In this document: one piece after another, positions 1 to 9,240 of the stretch
Layout: each line of letters begins with the position of its first letter
How positions within the stretch are numbered: position 1 is the first letter of the stretch
Assembly (NCBI GenBank): GCA_045804285.1
Contig: JBJMNL010000240.1
Coordinates: 5,821 to 69,820 of the forward strand
Length of the DNA stretch: 64,000 bases
Direction of reading: 5' to 3'
Source: Gemmatimonadaceae bacterium
GTDB lineage: Bacteria > Gemmatimonadota > Gemmatimonadetes > Gemmatimonadales > Gemmatimonadaceae
Notes under the pieces: generated by a model
The model's database searches: none
Told to the model about the DNA's origin: nothing
Seen by the model: the letters and a program-made list of their open reading frames with translations, nothing else
Translations under genes and position numbers: made by a program

Positions 1-1451
1 CGGTGGGCGTCGAACGCCTCCCCCTCGGCCGGTCCGAGGTGCAGGGTGAGCGGGAAGAGCAGCCGCTGCGAGGGCGCCGCCCCGCTCTCGAGGGTGCGCA
101 TGAAGTCCTCGTAGAGCACGCGCTCGTGCGCCGAGTGCTGGTCGATGAGCACCACGCCCTCGTCGCGCTCGAACATGATGTAGGTGCGCCGGAGCTGGAG
201 GAGGGGGGGCACGGGCGCGCCGGCGCTCGCGTCGGCCCCGGTGTCGTCGGCGTCCGCGACCGGCGCGGCCACCGGCGACTCCGCGCCGTGCGCGGCGCGC
301 CCGCCGTTCGCCGACGGCGCGAGCGCCGGCGCGGCGAAGAGCGCGCCCGGATGGCCCTGGGGCGCGCGCAGCACCTCGACGTCCACCGCGGGCGGCGGCG
401 CCGCCGGCGCCGCGCCGGGCGTCGCGCCGATCGTCCACACCCGCCCGCCGATCGACGCCGAGGCGTCGATCGTGCCGAGGGCGCGCCGCACCGCGTGCTC
501 GACCGCGCGCTCGACGGGCCACCGGTCGCGGAAGCGCACCTCGGCCTTGGCCGGGTGGACGTTGACGTCCACCGTGTCGGCGGGGACGGTGACGTCGAGG
601 AAGAGCGAGGGGCGGAGGCCGGCGGAGATCGTCGAGCGGTACGCCGCCTCGGCGGCGCGCACGATGCCCGCGTCGCGCACGGCGCGTCCGTTGACCGAGA
701 GGAAGACGCGGCGCGTCGCCGTGCCCACGTCGGACGGGCGCTCGACGAGCCCCGCGACGTGGGTCGTGCCACTCACGTCGTCCACGTCGAGGAGCGCCTC
801 GGCGTAGCGGGCCCCCCACACGGCGGCGACGCGGGCGCGCAGCGTCGCCGCCGGAGGGAGCGAGAGCGCGAGTCGGCCGTCGTGGGAGAGCGCGAAGCGC
901 ACGTCGCGCCGCGTGAGCGCGATCGTCGTGAGCGCGTCGGCGATGCCGCGCCACTCGGAGCGCGCGCTGCGCAGGAACTTGAGGCGCGCCGGCACGTTGT
1001 AGAACAGCCGCGCGACGGCCACCGTCGTGCCGCGGCGTCGCGCCGCGTCGGCGACGTCGAGCACCGTGCCGCCGGCGGCGCGCAGCCGCGTCCCCTCCCC
1101 GTCCGACGTCGACGTCTCCAGCTCGAGCTGCGACACGGAGCAGATGGCGGGGAGCGCCTCGCCGCGGAAGCCGAAGCTCCGCACGCCGACGAGGTCCGCG
1201 GAGGTGCGGATCTTCGACGTCGCGTGCCGCTCCAGGGCGAGCAGCGCGTCGTCGCGCCCCATCCCCGAGCCGTCGTCGCTGACGCGGATGGCCGCGCGTC
1301 CGCCGTCGTCGACGGCGACCTCCACCGACGCGGCGCCGGCGTCGAGCGCGTTCTCGACGAGCTCCTTGACGACCGACGCCGGACGCTCGACGACCTCGCC
1401 CGCGGCGATCTGGTCGGCGACGGCGCTCGGGAGGACGGCGATGCGGGGCAC
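1..1451 (-). CDS. mutL: DNA mismatch repair protein MutL (3' end runs off the window edge, so it is absent from the ORF track)
   Basis: Manual reverse translation from GTG at 1451 gives VPRIAVLPSAVADQIAAGEVVERPASVVKELVENALDAGA..DDGSGM..GFRGEALPAI (GHKL ATPase motifs). Near the window edge it reads LIDQHSAHERVLYE (MutL C-terminal motif). The + ORF 3..1592 is its antisense shadow. Confidence 0.9.
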   Translation of the reverse strand, partial: MPRIAVLPSAVADQIAAGEVVERPASVVKELVENALDAGAASVEVAVDDGGRAAIRVSDDGSGMGRDDALLALERHATSKIRTSADLVGVRSFGFRGEALPAICSVSQLELETSTSDGEGTRLRAAGGTVLDVADAARRRGTTVAVARLFYNVPARLKFLRSARSEWRGIADALTTIALTRRDVRFALSHDGRLALSLPPAATLRARVAAVWGARYAEALLDVDDVSGTTHVAGLVERPSDVGTATRRVFLSVNGRAVRDAGIVRAAEAAYRSTISAGLRPSLFLDVTVPADTVDVNVHPAKAEVRFRDRWPVERAVEHAVRRALGTIDASASIGGRVWTIGATPGAAPAAPPPAVDVEVLRAPQGHPGALFAAPALAPSANGGRAAHGAESPVAAPVADADDTGADASAGAPVPPLLQLRRTYIMFERDEGVVLIDQHSAHERVLYEDFMRTLESGAAPSQRLLFPLTLHLGPAEGEAFDAH

Positions 1452-1588
1452 GGGGGGAAGGTATCGGGGGCGGGGGGGAGCGGGAAGCGGGGCGAGGGGG
1501 CGAAGGGGAGACGGCGGGCAGGGGGAACGGCGCCGGGACGCCCCTCGGCCGGTCGCCCCTACTGCTTGGACGGAGGCGTGCCGCCGTC

Positions 1589-1753
1589 GTGAGTGATGAG
1601 TTCTGAGTTGTGAGTCGTGAGTGGCGCGCCCGGCCGCCGGCGTCGCGCGGGGCGGGAGCCTCTGCTCCGGGACGCCATGATCCGGCGGGGTCGCGGTGCG
1701 CGCCCGGCGCGCTACTACCCGTCACTCACAACTCATCACTCATCACTCAGAAC
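1589..1753. repeat. Intergenic inverted repeat with heptamer-periodic arms (NNTGAGT x5 / ACTCANN x4) around a ~93-nt centre
   Basis: Left arm 1589-1624 reads GTGAGT GATGAGT TCTGAGT TGTGAGT CGTGAGT GG. The reverse complement of right arm 1718-1753 reads GT TCTGAGT GATGAGT GATGAGT TGTGAGT GACGGG. It lies between the batD/E stop and the mutL start. Confidence 0.8.
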
Positions 1754-1851
1754 GCCATCGCGAGCTGGCTCGTGGCGGAGAGGCGGCCGTCCCGCGCCAG
1801 CCCGAGACGCACCGCTCGCCACCGCCGCCCGCGCACTCACCGCTCCCATCG

Positions 1852-4275
1852 TCACTCCGCCAACGGCACCAGCCTCTCCCACTCGATCCATCCCTCTCGC
1901 TCCCCGTCCAGCGCCACGCGCGCCCAGGCGCCTTCGCGGCTGAGGATGCGCGCGACGTCGCCGGGGACGAGCGCCGCGCCCTGGTCGGCCGAGAGGGCCG
2001 GGAGGGCGCGGAGTGGGCCGCGGTCCTCCACCACCGCGAGGCCGTGCGCGGCGCAGGCCGAGGCGAGGCCGCGGGCGGCGACGGTGAGGGCGAGCGACGT
2101 GGCGAGGGCGGCCGCGCCCCACGCGCTCAGCGTCGCGCGCGCGCGCCGCCGGCGCGCCGCGAGGAGGAGCAGCGCCCAGCCACCGCACCAGACGACGAGC
2201 GCGGCGACCGTCGCCGCGTCGAGCGGGATGCGCGGCACCGTCGCGATCGCGCCCTGCTGGCTCGGGCCGACCAGCGCCAGCCGCTCGCGCGCGTCGCCGG
2301 CGAGCGGCTCGAGCCGGAGGGCGCGCTGCCACCCGACGACGGCCGCGGCGGTGTCGGCGGCCGCCCACGACGCCGTCCCGAAGTTCGCCCACGCGTCGGC
2401 GGCGCGCGGCTGCTCGCGCGCGACGTCGGCGAAGATGCGCGCGGCGTCCGCGAAGCGGCGGTCGTCGTAGGCGGCGCGGCCGGCCGCGAAGCGCTCGGCG
2501 GGCGCCGGCGCGTCAGCGTCGAGGGCGGCGGCGATCGCCGTGGTGGAGCCGGCGAGCGCGCCGCCGAGCGTCGCGGCCAGCACGACGGCCGGCGCGAGGC
2601 GGCGCGCCGCGAGCGCGAGGCGCGAGCGCGCCTCGGCGTCCACGCGCGCGTAGAGGTCGAGCGCCGAGGCCGCCGCGCCGGCGGGGGGCGGCGTGCCGGG
2701 CGAGTAGGCGGCGCGGTCGAGCGCGACCAGCAGCGCTTCGGCCTGCGCCGCGGTCTCGGACGTCGTTCCAGAGCGGCGGAGCGCCCGGGCGAGCGCGCCG
2801 CGCGTGGTCGTGATGGCGCCGGGCGTGAGATGGAGGCGCGTCGCGAGCGCGCCCGCGTAGGCGCGGCGGAGGCGCGCCGCGTCCACCGGACCGGGACGGC
2901 GGGCGAGCGACCGGAGCACGTCGCGCGGCGATGGAGGCGCGCGGCGGCGGCGCGGACGGCGCGCGAAGCCGGCCGCGGCGGCGGGGAGCGGCGCCAGCAG
3001 CGCCACCGCCCAGAACGCCGGCCGCTCGTGCGCGGGCGGCCCGACCGGGGCGCGCAGCGCGGGCCGGAGCGGGAGTGGAGGTGGCGTGGCGGCGCGCGCC
3101 GAGTCGAGCGCGGCGAGGGCGCCGGGCGATACGGTGACCGGCCGCGGCGGAGTCACCGCGATCTCGTAGCGCTCGGTGTACGGGTTGAAGTAGGGGTAAC
3201 GGACTCGCGGCAGCTCGAGCGTACCCGCCTGGCGTGGCGTGACCAGCCAGTCGAACTCCTTGACGCCGCGCACGACCACCGACTGCGTGTCGAGCTCGAC
3301 GCGCTCCTCCGAGGGCACCGCCGTCCCCCACGGCACCGTGAGCGACGGCCGCGGCAGGAGCTTGACGTTCCCGCGCCCCTGGACGCGCACGGTGACGACG
3401 ATCGGGTCGCCGGCGCGCCCGGTGCTCGAGTCGAGCCTCGCGTCCACCGAGAGGTCGCCGACGGCGCCCGCCCAGTCCGCCGGCCGGCCGGTGGCGGGGG
3501 GCTCGACGGCGACGACGACGAGGCTGTCGGAGCGTACGGTGTGGCTCTCCTCGCGGCTGAAGAAGCTGCTCGAGAGCGGGAGCGAGTAGACGAGCTGCGC
3601 CGTCGGCACGACGAAGCGGCCGGCGCCGAGCGGGAAGAGGGCGCGCTGGAAGACGTGCGCCTCGAAGCGGCGTCCCCCCGCCGCGCGCGCCGGCGGCGAC
3701 GCCGGCGGCGACGGCAGCTCGTAGGCGAGCATGCCGCGCGGCTCCGGCGGCACGAACTCCGGGTTGCGGCGCAGGCGCAGCCGCACGTCGTCGTCGAGGA
3801 AGACGCCGACCTGATACGTGGTCTGCTGTCCGACGTACACGGTGTCGGGGAGGACCACCGCGCGCAGGCTCACCCCCTCGTCGTCGGCGTCGAGCCGGGC
3901 GCCGGCGATCACGGGCGGCACCGCGCCGAGCAGAGCGTTCGCCGGCCGTACGAGCACGCGGTGCGGCTTCGTGCGCGTGGCCGCGGTCACCGTCGTCACC
4001 TCGAACGGCGGCAGCGTGAACGGGCCGACGCGCCGCGCGAGGAGCTGATACTGCTGCTCCACCGTGTTCCAGCGCGAGCCGAGCGTGCCGGTGACGCGCG
4101 ACGACGCGCCGGTGAGGACGAGCTGGAACGCGGCGCCCGTGGGCGCCGTGATGCGCGGCAGCTCGGCGCCCGGCGCCGACGCCTCGACGACGACCGTGCC
4201 CGGCGTGCGCAGCGCGACCGTGTCAGGCGCGTGCAGCGTGACGGCGAGCTGGGCGACGACGAGCGCGGTGAGCAC
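1852..4275 (-). CDS. BatD-like (oxygen-tolerance family) protein fused to a TPR + SH3 (BatE-like) C-terminus
   Basis: 807-aa ORF and last gene of the MoxR/Bat operon. It has N-terminal beta-rich BatD-like repeats, membrane segments, a TPR-like stretch (AAYDDRRFADAARIFADVAREQPRAADAWANFG) and an SH3-like end (GDVARILSREGAWARVALDGEREGWIEWERL). Confidence 0.7.
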   Translation of the reverse strand: MLTALVVAQLAVTLHAPDTVALRTPGTVVVEASAPGAELPRITAPTGAAFQLVLTGASSRVTGTLGSRWNTVEQQYQLLARRVGPFTLPPFEVTTVTAATRTKPHRVLVRPANALLGAVPPVIAGARLDADDEGVSLRAVVLPDTVYVGQQTTYQVGVFLDDDVRLRLRRNPEFVPPEPRGMLAYELPSPPASPPARAAGGRRFEAHVFQRALFPLGAGRFVVPTAQLVYSLPLSSSFFSREESHTVRSDSLVVVAVEPPATGRPADWAGAVGDLSVDARLDSSTGRAGDPIVVTVRVQGRGNVKLLPRPSLTVPWGTAVPSEERVELDTQSVVVRGVKEFDWLVTPRQAGTLELPRVRYPYFNPYTERYEIAVTPPRPVTVSPGALAALDSARAATPPPLPLRPALRAPVGPPAHERPAFWAVALLAPLPAAAAGFARRPRRRRAPPSPRDVLRSLARRPGPVDAARLRRAYAGALATRLHLTPGAITTTRGALARALRRSGTTSETAAQAEALLVALDRAAYSPGTPPPAGAAASALDLYARVDAEARSRLALAARRLAPAVVLAATLGGALAGSTTAIAAALDADAPAPAERFAAGRAAYDDRRFADAARIFADVAREQPRAADAWANFGTASWAAADTAAAVVGWQRALRLEPLAGDARERLALVGPSQQGAIATVPRIPLDAATVAALVVWCGGWALLLLAARRRRARATLSAWGAAALATSLALTVAARGLASACAAHGLAVVEDRGPLRALPALSADQGAALVPGDVARILSREGAWARVALDGEREGWIEWERLVPLAE

Positions 4276-4278
4276 GGT

Positions 4279-6072
4279 CTACCAGTCCTTGCCGCCCGGC
4301 GGCGGCTCCGGCCGGCTCTGCTGCTGTTTCTTCCCCTGGACGTCGCGCTCCTCGCGCGCCGCGCTGTTCAGCAGCTCGTCGGCGCGCTGCTCGCCGAGCC
4401 CGCCCTGCGGCCGTTGCGCCGGCTGCTGCGGCCGCGACGACGGGTCGGGCTTGGGCGACGGGCTCTGCCCGCCCCCGCCCCCGCCACCGCCGCCCCCGCC
4501 GCTCTGCTCCTTCTTCTTCCGCAGCGCGAGCTCGTAGTTCCACTTCGCGTCGCGGTCGCCGGCGCGGGCGAGGAGCACCTTCTTGTACGCGGCGAGCGCC
4601 GCGTCGAGCGACGGCTTCCCCGCCTCGGTCGTGTCGCGCAGCCCCACGCGGAGGTGCGAGAGGCCGAGGTTGAACAGGGCGCGGTAGCGCACCTCGGCGT
4701 CCTTCGAGGCCGTGGCCGCGCGCTCCAGCGCCTCGGCGGCCGACTTGAGCGAGTCGGCCGCGAGCAGCGCGGTTCCGTAGTTGTAGAGCGTCTCCGGCGT
4801 GCGGTCTCCCTTCTCGATGGCGCGGCGCCAGAGCGCAGCGGCGCGCGCGTACTGCTTCGCGCGGTACGCCCTGGTCGCGTCGGTGGCGTCGTCGGCGCGC
4901 GCCGCGCGGGGGAGGGCGAGCGAGAGCGCCAGCAGCAGCGCGGCGGCCGGCCCGCGCGCGCCGCTGGCGGCCGGCGGCGAAGCGGACGGCGCGCGCTCCG
5001 TCACGGCCGCGCCGTCGTCGGCCGTCGCGGCGGCCGCCGGGCCGCGCAGGCGGCGCCCGCGCCGCTCCGCGAGCAGCGTGTCGAGCAGCAGCAGGAGCAC
5101 GGCGGGGATGAGGAAGAGCTGGAAGCGCGGCGTGCGGTCCGTCCCCGCCTCGACCGCCCGCGACTGTCCGCGGAGCTGCTGCAGCGCGCGGCGGATCCTC
5201 GTCGCCTTGTCCGCCGCGCCGGCGTCGATGAAGGTGCCGTTCGCCGCCTGCGCCGCGGCGCGCAGCAGGTCCGGCGTGTAGCGGGTGACGACGACGTTCC
5301 CCTCCTCGTCGCGCTTGACTGTTCCGGCGCCGTCGCCGTGGAGTGGGATCGTCGCGCCCTGCGGCGTGCCGAAGCCGACCGTCACGAGGCTGATCCCCCC
5401 CTCGCGCGCGCGCTGCGCGGCGGCGACGACGTCCTCGAGCGGCTCGAACGCCTCGCCGTCGCTCATCACCACGAGCGCCCGGTCGCTCCCCGTCTTGGTG
5501 GAGAGGAGGAGGTCGGTCCCCTGCCGGATGGCGCGCGCCAGCGAGCTCCCCGCCTGGCCCACGACCGACGGATCGAGGTTGTCGAGGAAGAGGTCGAGCG
5601 CGCCGTTGTCCACGGTGAGCGGCGACAGGATGTAGCTCCGTCCGGCGAAGGCGACGAGGGCGAAGCGGTCGCCGCGCGAGTCGGCGCGCAGCCGCCGCAC
5701 CTCCTGCTTCACCCGCTCGAGCCGGCTCGGCCGCTCGTCGGTGGCGAGCATCGAGAGCGAGGCGTCGAGCGCGAGGACGACGTCCACTCCTTCGCCGCGC
5801 ACCACCGAGCGTTCGAGCCCCCAGCGCGGACCGGCGAAGGCGACGCCGGCGAAGAGGAGCGCGCCGCCCAGCAGCAGGGCGCGCAGCCTCCCGCTCGCGG
5901 CGAGCGACGCCGCGGGGGCGAGCCGGGCGATCATCGCCGGAGTGCCGAGCCGGGCGAGCCGCACGCGCCGCCGGCGCGCGCCGGCGACCACGAGCGCCCC
6001 CCCCACGGCGGGAAGCAGCAGGGCGAGGACGAGCAGCAGCGGTCGGTCGAAGAGTTGCGTGAGCGCGGTCAT
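4279..6072 (-). CDS. VWA-domain protein BatB fused to a TPR (BatC-like) C-terminal half
   Basis: Start MTALTQLFDRPLLL at 6072 overlaps the batA stop (ATGA). VWA MIDAS motif reads VVLALDASLSM. Two TM segments are followed by TPR-like helices, an 11-Gly run and a basic tail. The 904-aa track ORF is an upstream over-extension. Confidence 0.8.
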   Translation of the reverse strand: MTALTQLFDRPLLLVLALLLPAVGGALVVAGARRRRVRLARLGTPAMIARLAPAASLAASGRLRALLLGGALLFAGVAFAGPRWGLERSVVRGEGVDVVLALDASLSMLATDERPSRLERVKQEVRRLRADSRGDRFALVAFAGRSYILSPLTVDNGALDLFLDNLDPSVVGQAGSSLARAIRQGTDLLLSTKTGSDRALVVMSDGEAFEPLEDVVAAAQRAREGGISLVTVGFGTPQGATIPLHGDGAGTVKRDEEGNVVVTRYTPDLLRAAAQAANGTFIDAGAADKATRIRRALQQLRGQSRAVEAGTDRTPRFQLFLIPAVLLLLLDTLLAERRGRRLRGPAAAATADDGAAVTERAPSASPPAASGARGPAAALLLALSLALPRAARADDATDATRAYRAKQYARAAALWRRAIEKGDRTPETLYNYGTALLAADSLKSAAEALERAATASKDAEVRYRALFNLGLSHLRVGLRDTTEAGKPSLDAALAAYKKVLLARAGDRDAKWNYELALRKKKEQSGGGGGGGGGGGQSPSPKPDPSSRPQQPAQRPQGGLGEQRADELLNSAAREERDVQGKKQQQSRPEPPPGGKDW

Positions 6073-7076
6073 GGCAGCGGCCCCCTCCAGGCGAGCAGCG
6101 CGAGCTCCACCATCAGCGCGGCGAGCGCGACGCCGAGCGGCCAGCGGAACTGCTCGCTGAAGCGCACGTACGTCCGCGTCCGCACCGGCGTGCGCTCGAG
6201 GCGGTCGATCTCCCCGGCGATGCGCTCGAGCGCCGCGGCGTCCCGGGCGCGATAATAGCGCCCGTTCGTCGTCCGGGCGACGTCGGTCAGCAGCGCCTCG
6301 TCGATCCGCACCGGGCGGTTCTCGTAGCGCAGGCCGAACAGTCCGCGCCCGACCGGCACCGGCGCCATCCCCTCGGTGCCGACGCCGATCGTGTAGATCT
6401 TGATCCCGAACGCCGACGCCGCCTGCGCCGCGGTCCGCGGGTCGATCGCGCCGCGGTTGTTCTCGCCGTCGGTGAGCAGGACCATCACGCGCGAGCGCCC
6501 CGGCGCCGTGCGGAGCCGGTTCGCCGCCGTCGCGATCGCGGTGCCGATCGCCGTGCCGTCCTCGAGCTGGCCGGGCGCGAGGTTGTCCACCGCCGCCTGC
6601 ACCACGGGGTAGTCGGTGGTCAGCGGCACCTGCGTCAGCGCCTCTCCCGAGAAGGCGACGACGCCGATGCGGTCGGACTGACGGGCGGCGACGAAGCGCT
6701 TCACGACGTCCTTGGCGACCTCGAGCCGGTTCTGCGGCTGGAAGTCCTCCGCGAGCATCGAGCTCGAGATGTCGAAGGCGACGACGATGTTGATCCCCTC
6801 GCTGTTCACCTGCTCGGCGCGACCGGCCGAGCGCGGGCGGGCGAGGGCGACGACGAGCGCGGCGATCGCGAGATTGCGGAGCACCACGAGGGCGCGCGCG
6901 ATCCCCCGCCCGGCGTGCGGCCCGCGGGCGAGCGGCACGACGCGCGAGAAGACGATCGCCGGGGGCCGGCGCCGGCGCCGCCAGATCCACCACGCCGGAA
7001 GCGCGAGGAGGAGCAGGAGGGCGAGCGGCCAGACGAGCTCCATCGGGCCGACTTGGAGCGGGGCGAGCGCGCTCAT
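6069..7076 (-). CDS. batA: VWA-domain membrane protein BatA
   Basis: Start MSALAPLQVGPMELVWPLALLLLL at 7076 overlaps the upstream stop (ATGA). VWA motifs read IVVAFDISSSM and VMVLLTDGENN. There is a C-terminal TM segment. Confidence 0.85.
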   Translation of the reverse strand: MSALAPLQVGPMELVWPLALLLLLALPAWWIWRRRRRPPAIVFSRVVPLARGPHAGRGIARALVVLRNLAIAALVVALARPRSAGRAEQVNSEGINIVVAFDISSSMLAEDFQPQNRLEVAKDVVKRFVAARQSDRIGVVAFSGEALTQVPLTTDYPVVQAAVDNLAPGQLEDGTAIGTAIATAANRLRTAPGRSRVMVLLTDGENNRGAIDPRTAAQAASAFGIKIYTIGVGTEGMAPVPVGRGLFGLRYENRPVRIDEALLTDVARTTNGRYYRARDAAALERIAGEIDRLERTPVRTRTYVRFSEQFRWPLGVALAALMVELALLAWRGPLP

Positions 7077-8122
7077 GCGGCGCTCTCCCGGCGCTCGACC
7101 TCGCGCGCCGCGGCCGCCGCCGCCTCGGCCGCCGCCAGCGCGGCCTCCTCGGCGGCGCGCGCGCGCTCGACGTCCCGGACGATCGCCCGCGCCTCGCCGC
7201 CCAGCGCCTCGGCGCGGTCCCGGGCGACCGGCCGGCGCGCGAACTTGATCAGGTCGGCCTCGGCGAGCAGCGGCGCGAGCCGGTCGAGCGGCACCGTGCG
7301 CCGGGACGGGCCGATGCGCAGGGCGCCGAGCAGCTCGGTGCTCGTGAGCGAGACGTCGGCCGCCGGCAGCCGGCGCGCGAGGTAGTCGCGCAGCACGTCC
7401 ACCATGAGCGCGACGAAGCGCCCGCGCTCCCCGGCGTCGAGCAGCCCCAGCGCCTCGACGCGCGCGAACTCCCGCTCGGCGTACTCGATCGCGCTCGGCT
7501 CGGGCGCCGCGGGGCGGTTGCGGCGGCGCCTGCGCCACCACCACCAGAGCAGGAGGAGCAGCAGCGCGACCGCGAGCAGGATCGGCAGCCACGGCCACCA
7601 CCAGGGGGGCGCCGCCTCGAAGATCGCGCGCGGCGGCTTCGGCACCCGCTGCGCGCTGTCCGCGGGCAGCACGCTGGCGACGAAGACCTTCGCCGCGCCG
7701 AGCGGCAGCCGCCGCTCCGCCGCGCCGACGCGCACGACGACCTCGCCGAGGCGGAGCGGCTGGTCGCCGACGTCCCAGGCCGCGAGGCGGTAGCTCGCCG
7801 TCTGGTCCACCCCGGTCGGGTTCGTGTTGGGCTGGACCTGCCGCGGGTCGAGCGCCTCGACAGCCGCGGCCGAATCCGGCGCCGCCGGGAAGGCGATCGT
7901 CGCGCCCGGCGGCGCGTGGACGCGGAGCCGCACCACGAACGGCTGCCCGACCGTGACCGTCTCCGGCTGCACCGCGAGCCCCATCTGCACCTCGGGCGCG
8001 CCGCCGCCCTGGGCGTGGGCGGGGGCCGTGACGGCGAGCGGCGCGAGCGCGGCGAGCGCCGCGGCGAGCAGCGGCGCGCGGCGGCCCGCGCGGCGGTGGA
8101 ATGCAGGCACGAGCGGTCGCAT
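7073..8122 (-). CDS. Bat-operon membrane protein (DUF4381-like position) with an N-terminal BatD-like periplasmic domain
   Basis: Signal peptide ends ..APLAVTAPAHAQ. The TM segment is flanked by Trp runs (PPWWWPWLPILLAVALLLLLLWWWWRRRRR). The C-terminal cytoplasmic part is helical. It sits between DUF58 and batA, as in known bat operons. Confidence 0.6.
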   Translation of the reverse strand: MRPLVPAFHRRAGRRAPLLAAALAALAPLAVTAPAHAQGGGAPEVQMGLAVQPETVTVGQPFVVRLRVHAPPGATIAFPAAPDSAAAVEALDPRQVQPNTNPTGVDQTASYRLAAWDVGDQPLRLGEVVVRVGAAERRLPLGAAKVFVASVLPADSAQRVPKPPRAIFEAAPPWWWPWLPILLAVALLLLLLWWWWRRRRRNRPAAPEPSAIEYAEREFARVEALGLLDAGERGRFVALMVDVLRDYLARRLPAADVSLTSTELLGALRIGPSRRTVPLDRLAPLLAEADLIKFARRPVARDRAEALGGEARAIVRDVERARAAEEAALAAAEAAAAAAREVERRESAA

Positions 8123-9240
8123 CAGCGGCGGGTGCGCGTCTCGCGCGAGCGGAAGAACTTGAGCAGCGGCTCGATGTACGGCTGGTCCGTGCGCACCGCG
8201 ATCTCGTCGATCGCGAGCCGACGGAGGAGCTGCCGGCGCGCCGCGTGCTCGGCGGCGACCCCCTCGGCGTAGCGCGCGCGCACCTTCGCGTCGCTCGTGT
8301 CCACGTCCACCGTCTCCCCCGTCTCCGGGTCGCTGAAGCGCGCCAGGCCGACGTTCGGCAGGTCGCGCTCGCTCGGGTCCTCGACCGTGACCGCGACGAC
8401 GTCGTGCTGCTGCGCGAGGACGCGCAGCGGGCGCTCGATCCCCTCGTCCTGGAAGTCGGAGATGATGAAGACGATCGTGTGATGGCGGAGCATCTTGCCC
8501 AGGTACTCGAGCGCGCCCGGGATGTCCGTGCCCGACCCGGCGGGCTCGTGGACGAGCAGGTCGCGGATGACGCGCAGCGCGTGGCGTCGCCCCTTGCGCG
8601 GCGGCACCACGTGTTCGACGCGGTCGGTGAAGAGCAGGATCCCGACGCGGTCGTTGTTGCGCACGGCGGACATCGCCAGCACCGCGCCGAGCTCGGTGGC
8701 GACCTCGCTCTTGAAGCGGCGCACCGTGCCGAAGCGCTCGGAGCCGGAGAGGTCGACGGCGAGCATCACCGTCAGCTCGCGCTCCTCGATGTAGCGCTTC
8801 ACGAACGGGCGCCGCATGCGCGCGGTCACGTTCCAGTCGATGGAGCGCACCTCGTCGCCCGGCTGGTACTCGCGCACCTCCGCGAACTCCATCCCCTGCC
8901 CCTTGAACACGGAGCGGTACTCCCCCGTGAAGAGCGAGTTGACGAGCCCGCGCGTGCGCAGCTCGATCAGCTTGACCTGGCGGAGCACCTCGGGCGGGAC
9001 GCCGACGACGCGCCGCTGCTGCGGGTCGGGCGCCGCGCCGTCGGGCGACGTGGCGGCGCCCGACGGCGTCTCGCGAAGCGCCGCGGCGCGGCCGGTGCGG
9101 GCGATGGGGGTGAAGGAGCGCCCGCGCGGCGCCGGCGTGGGCGCGGGCGCCCGGGGCTCGCCGCGCTCCCCCCGCCGCCCCGCTCCCCCATCAGCCCCCG
9201 CGGCGGCCCGCCGCACGCGCCTCCGCCAGAACGCCATCAC
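8122..9240 (-). CDS. DUF58 family protein (MoxR-associated, VWA-like)
   Basis: Motif GEYRSVFKGQGMEFAEVREYQPGDEVRSIDWNVTAR followed by MLAVDLSGS. Its start overlaps the moxR stop (ATGA) and its stop overlaps the next start (TGATG). The R/A/G-rich N-terminal ~75 aa may or may not be translated. Confidence 0.85.
   Translation of the reverse strand: MMAFWRRRVRRAAAGADGGAGRRGERGEPRAPAPTPAPRGRSFTPIARTGRAAALRETPSGAATSPDGAAPDPQQRRVVGVPPEVLRQVKLIELRTRGLVNSLFTGEYRSVFKGQGMEFAEVREYQPGDEVRSIDWNVTARMRRPFVKRYIEERELTVMLAVDLSGSERFGTVRRFKSEVATELGAVLAMSAVRNNDRVGILLFTDRVEHVVPPRKGRRHALRVIRDLLVHEPAGSGTDIPGALEYLGKMLRHHTIVFIISDFQDEGIERPLRVLAQQHDVVAVTVEDPSERDLPNVGLARFSDPETGETVDVDTSDAKVRARYAEGVAAEHAARRQLLRRLAIDEIAVRTDQPYIEPLLKFFRSRETRTRR

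Noticed and set aside
1696-6255. 1519-aa ORF on the + strand, plus similar giants at 23418..26180, 26377..29391, 43257..46712 and 3..1592
   Set aside because: Their composition is Arg/Ala/Gly/Pro-dominated with no recognisable motifs. They lie exactly antisense to well-supported genes (bat genes, clpB, mla genes, PTS genes, mutL). These are classic shadow ORFs of a high-GC genome.
6073-6993. Upstream extensions of track ORFs (for example 4279..6993, 17695..19527, 33556..36048, 36379..38412, 40111..42021, 56276..58069, 58437..60512)
   Set aside because: The extensions overlap the preceding real gene in another frame and have junk composition. Conserved N-termini begin at internal ATG/GTG codons that overlap the upstream stop (ATGA/GTGA) or follow an SD sequence. 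All refined starts were frame-checked against the track.
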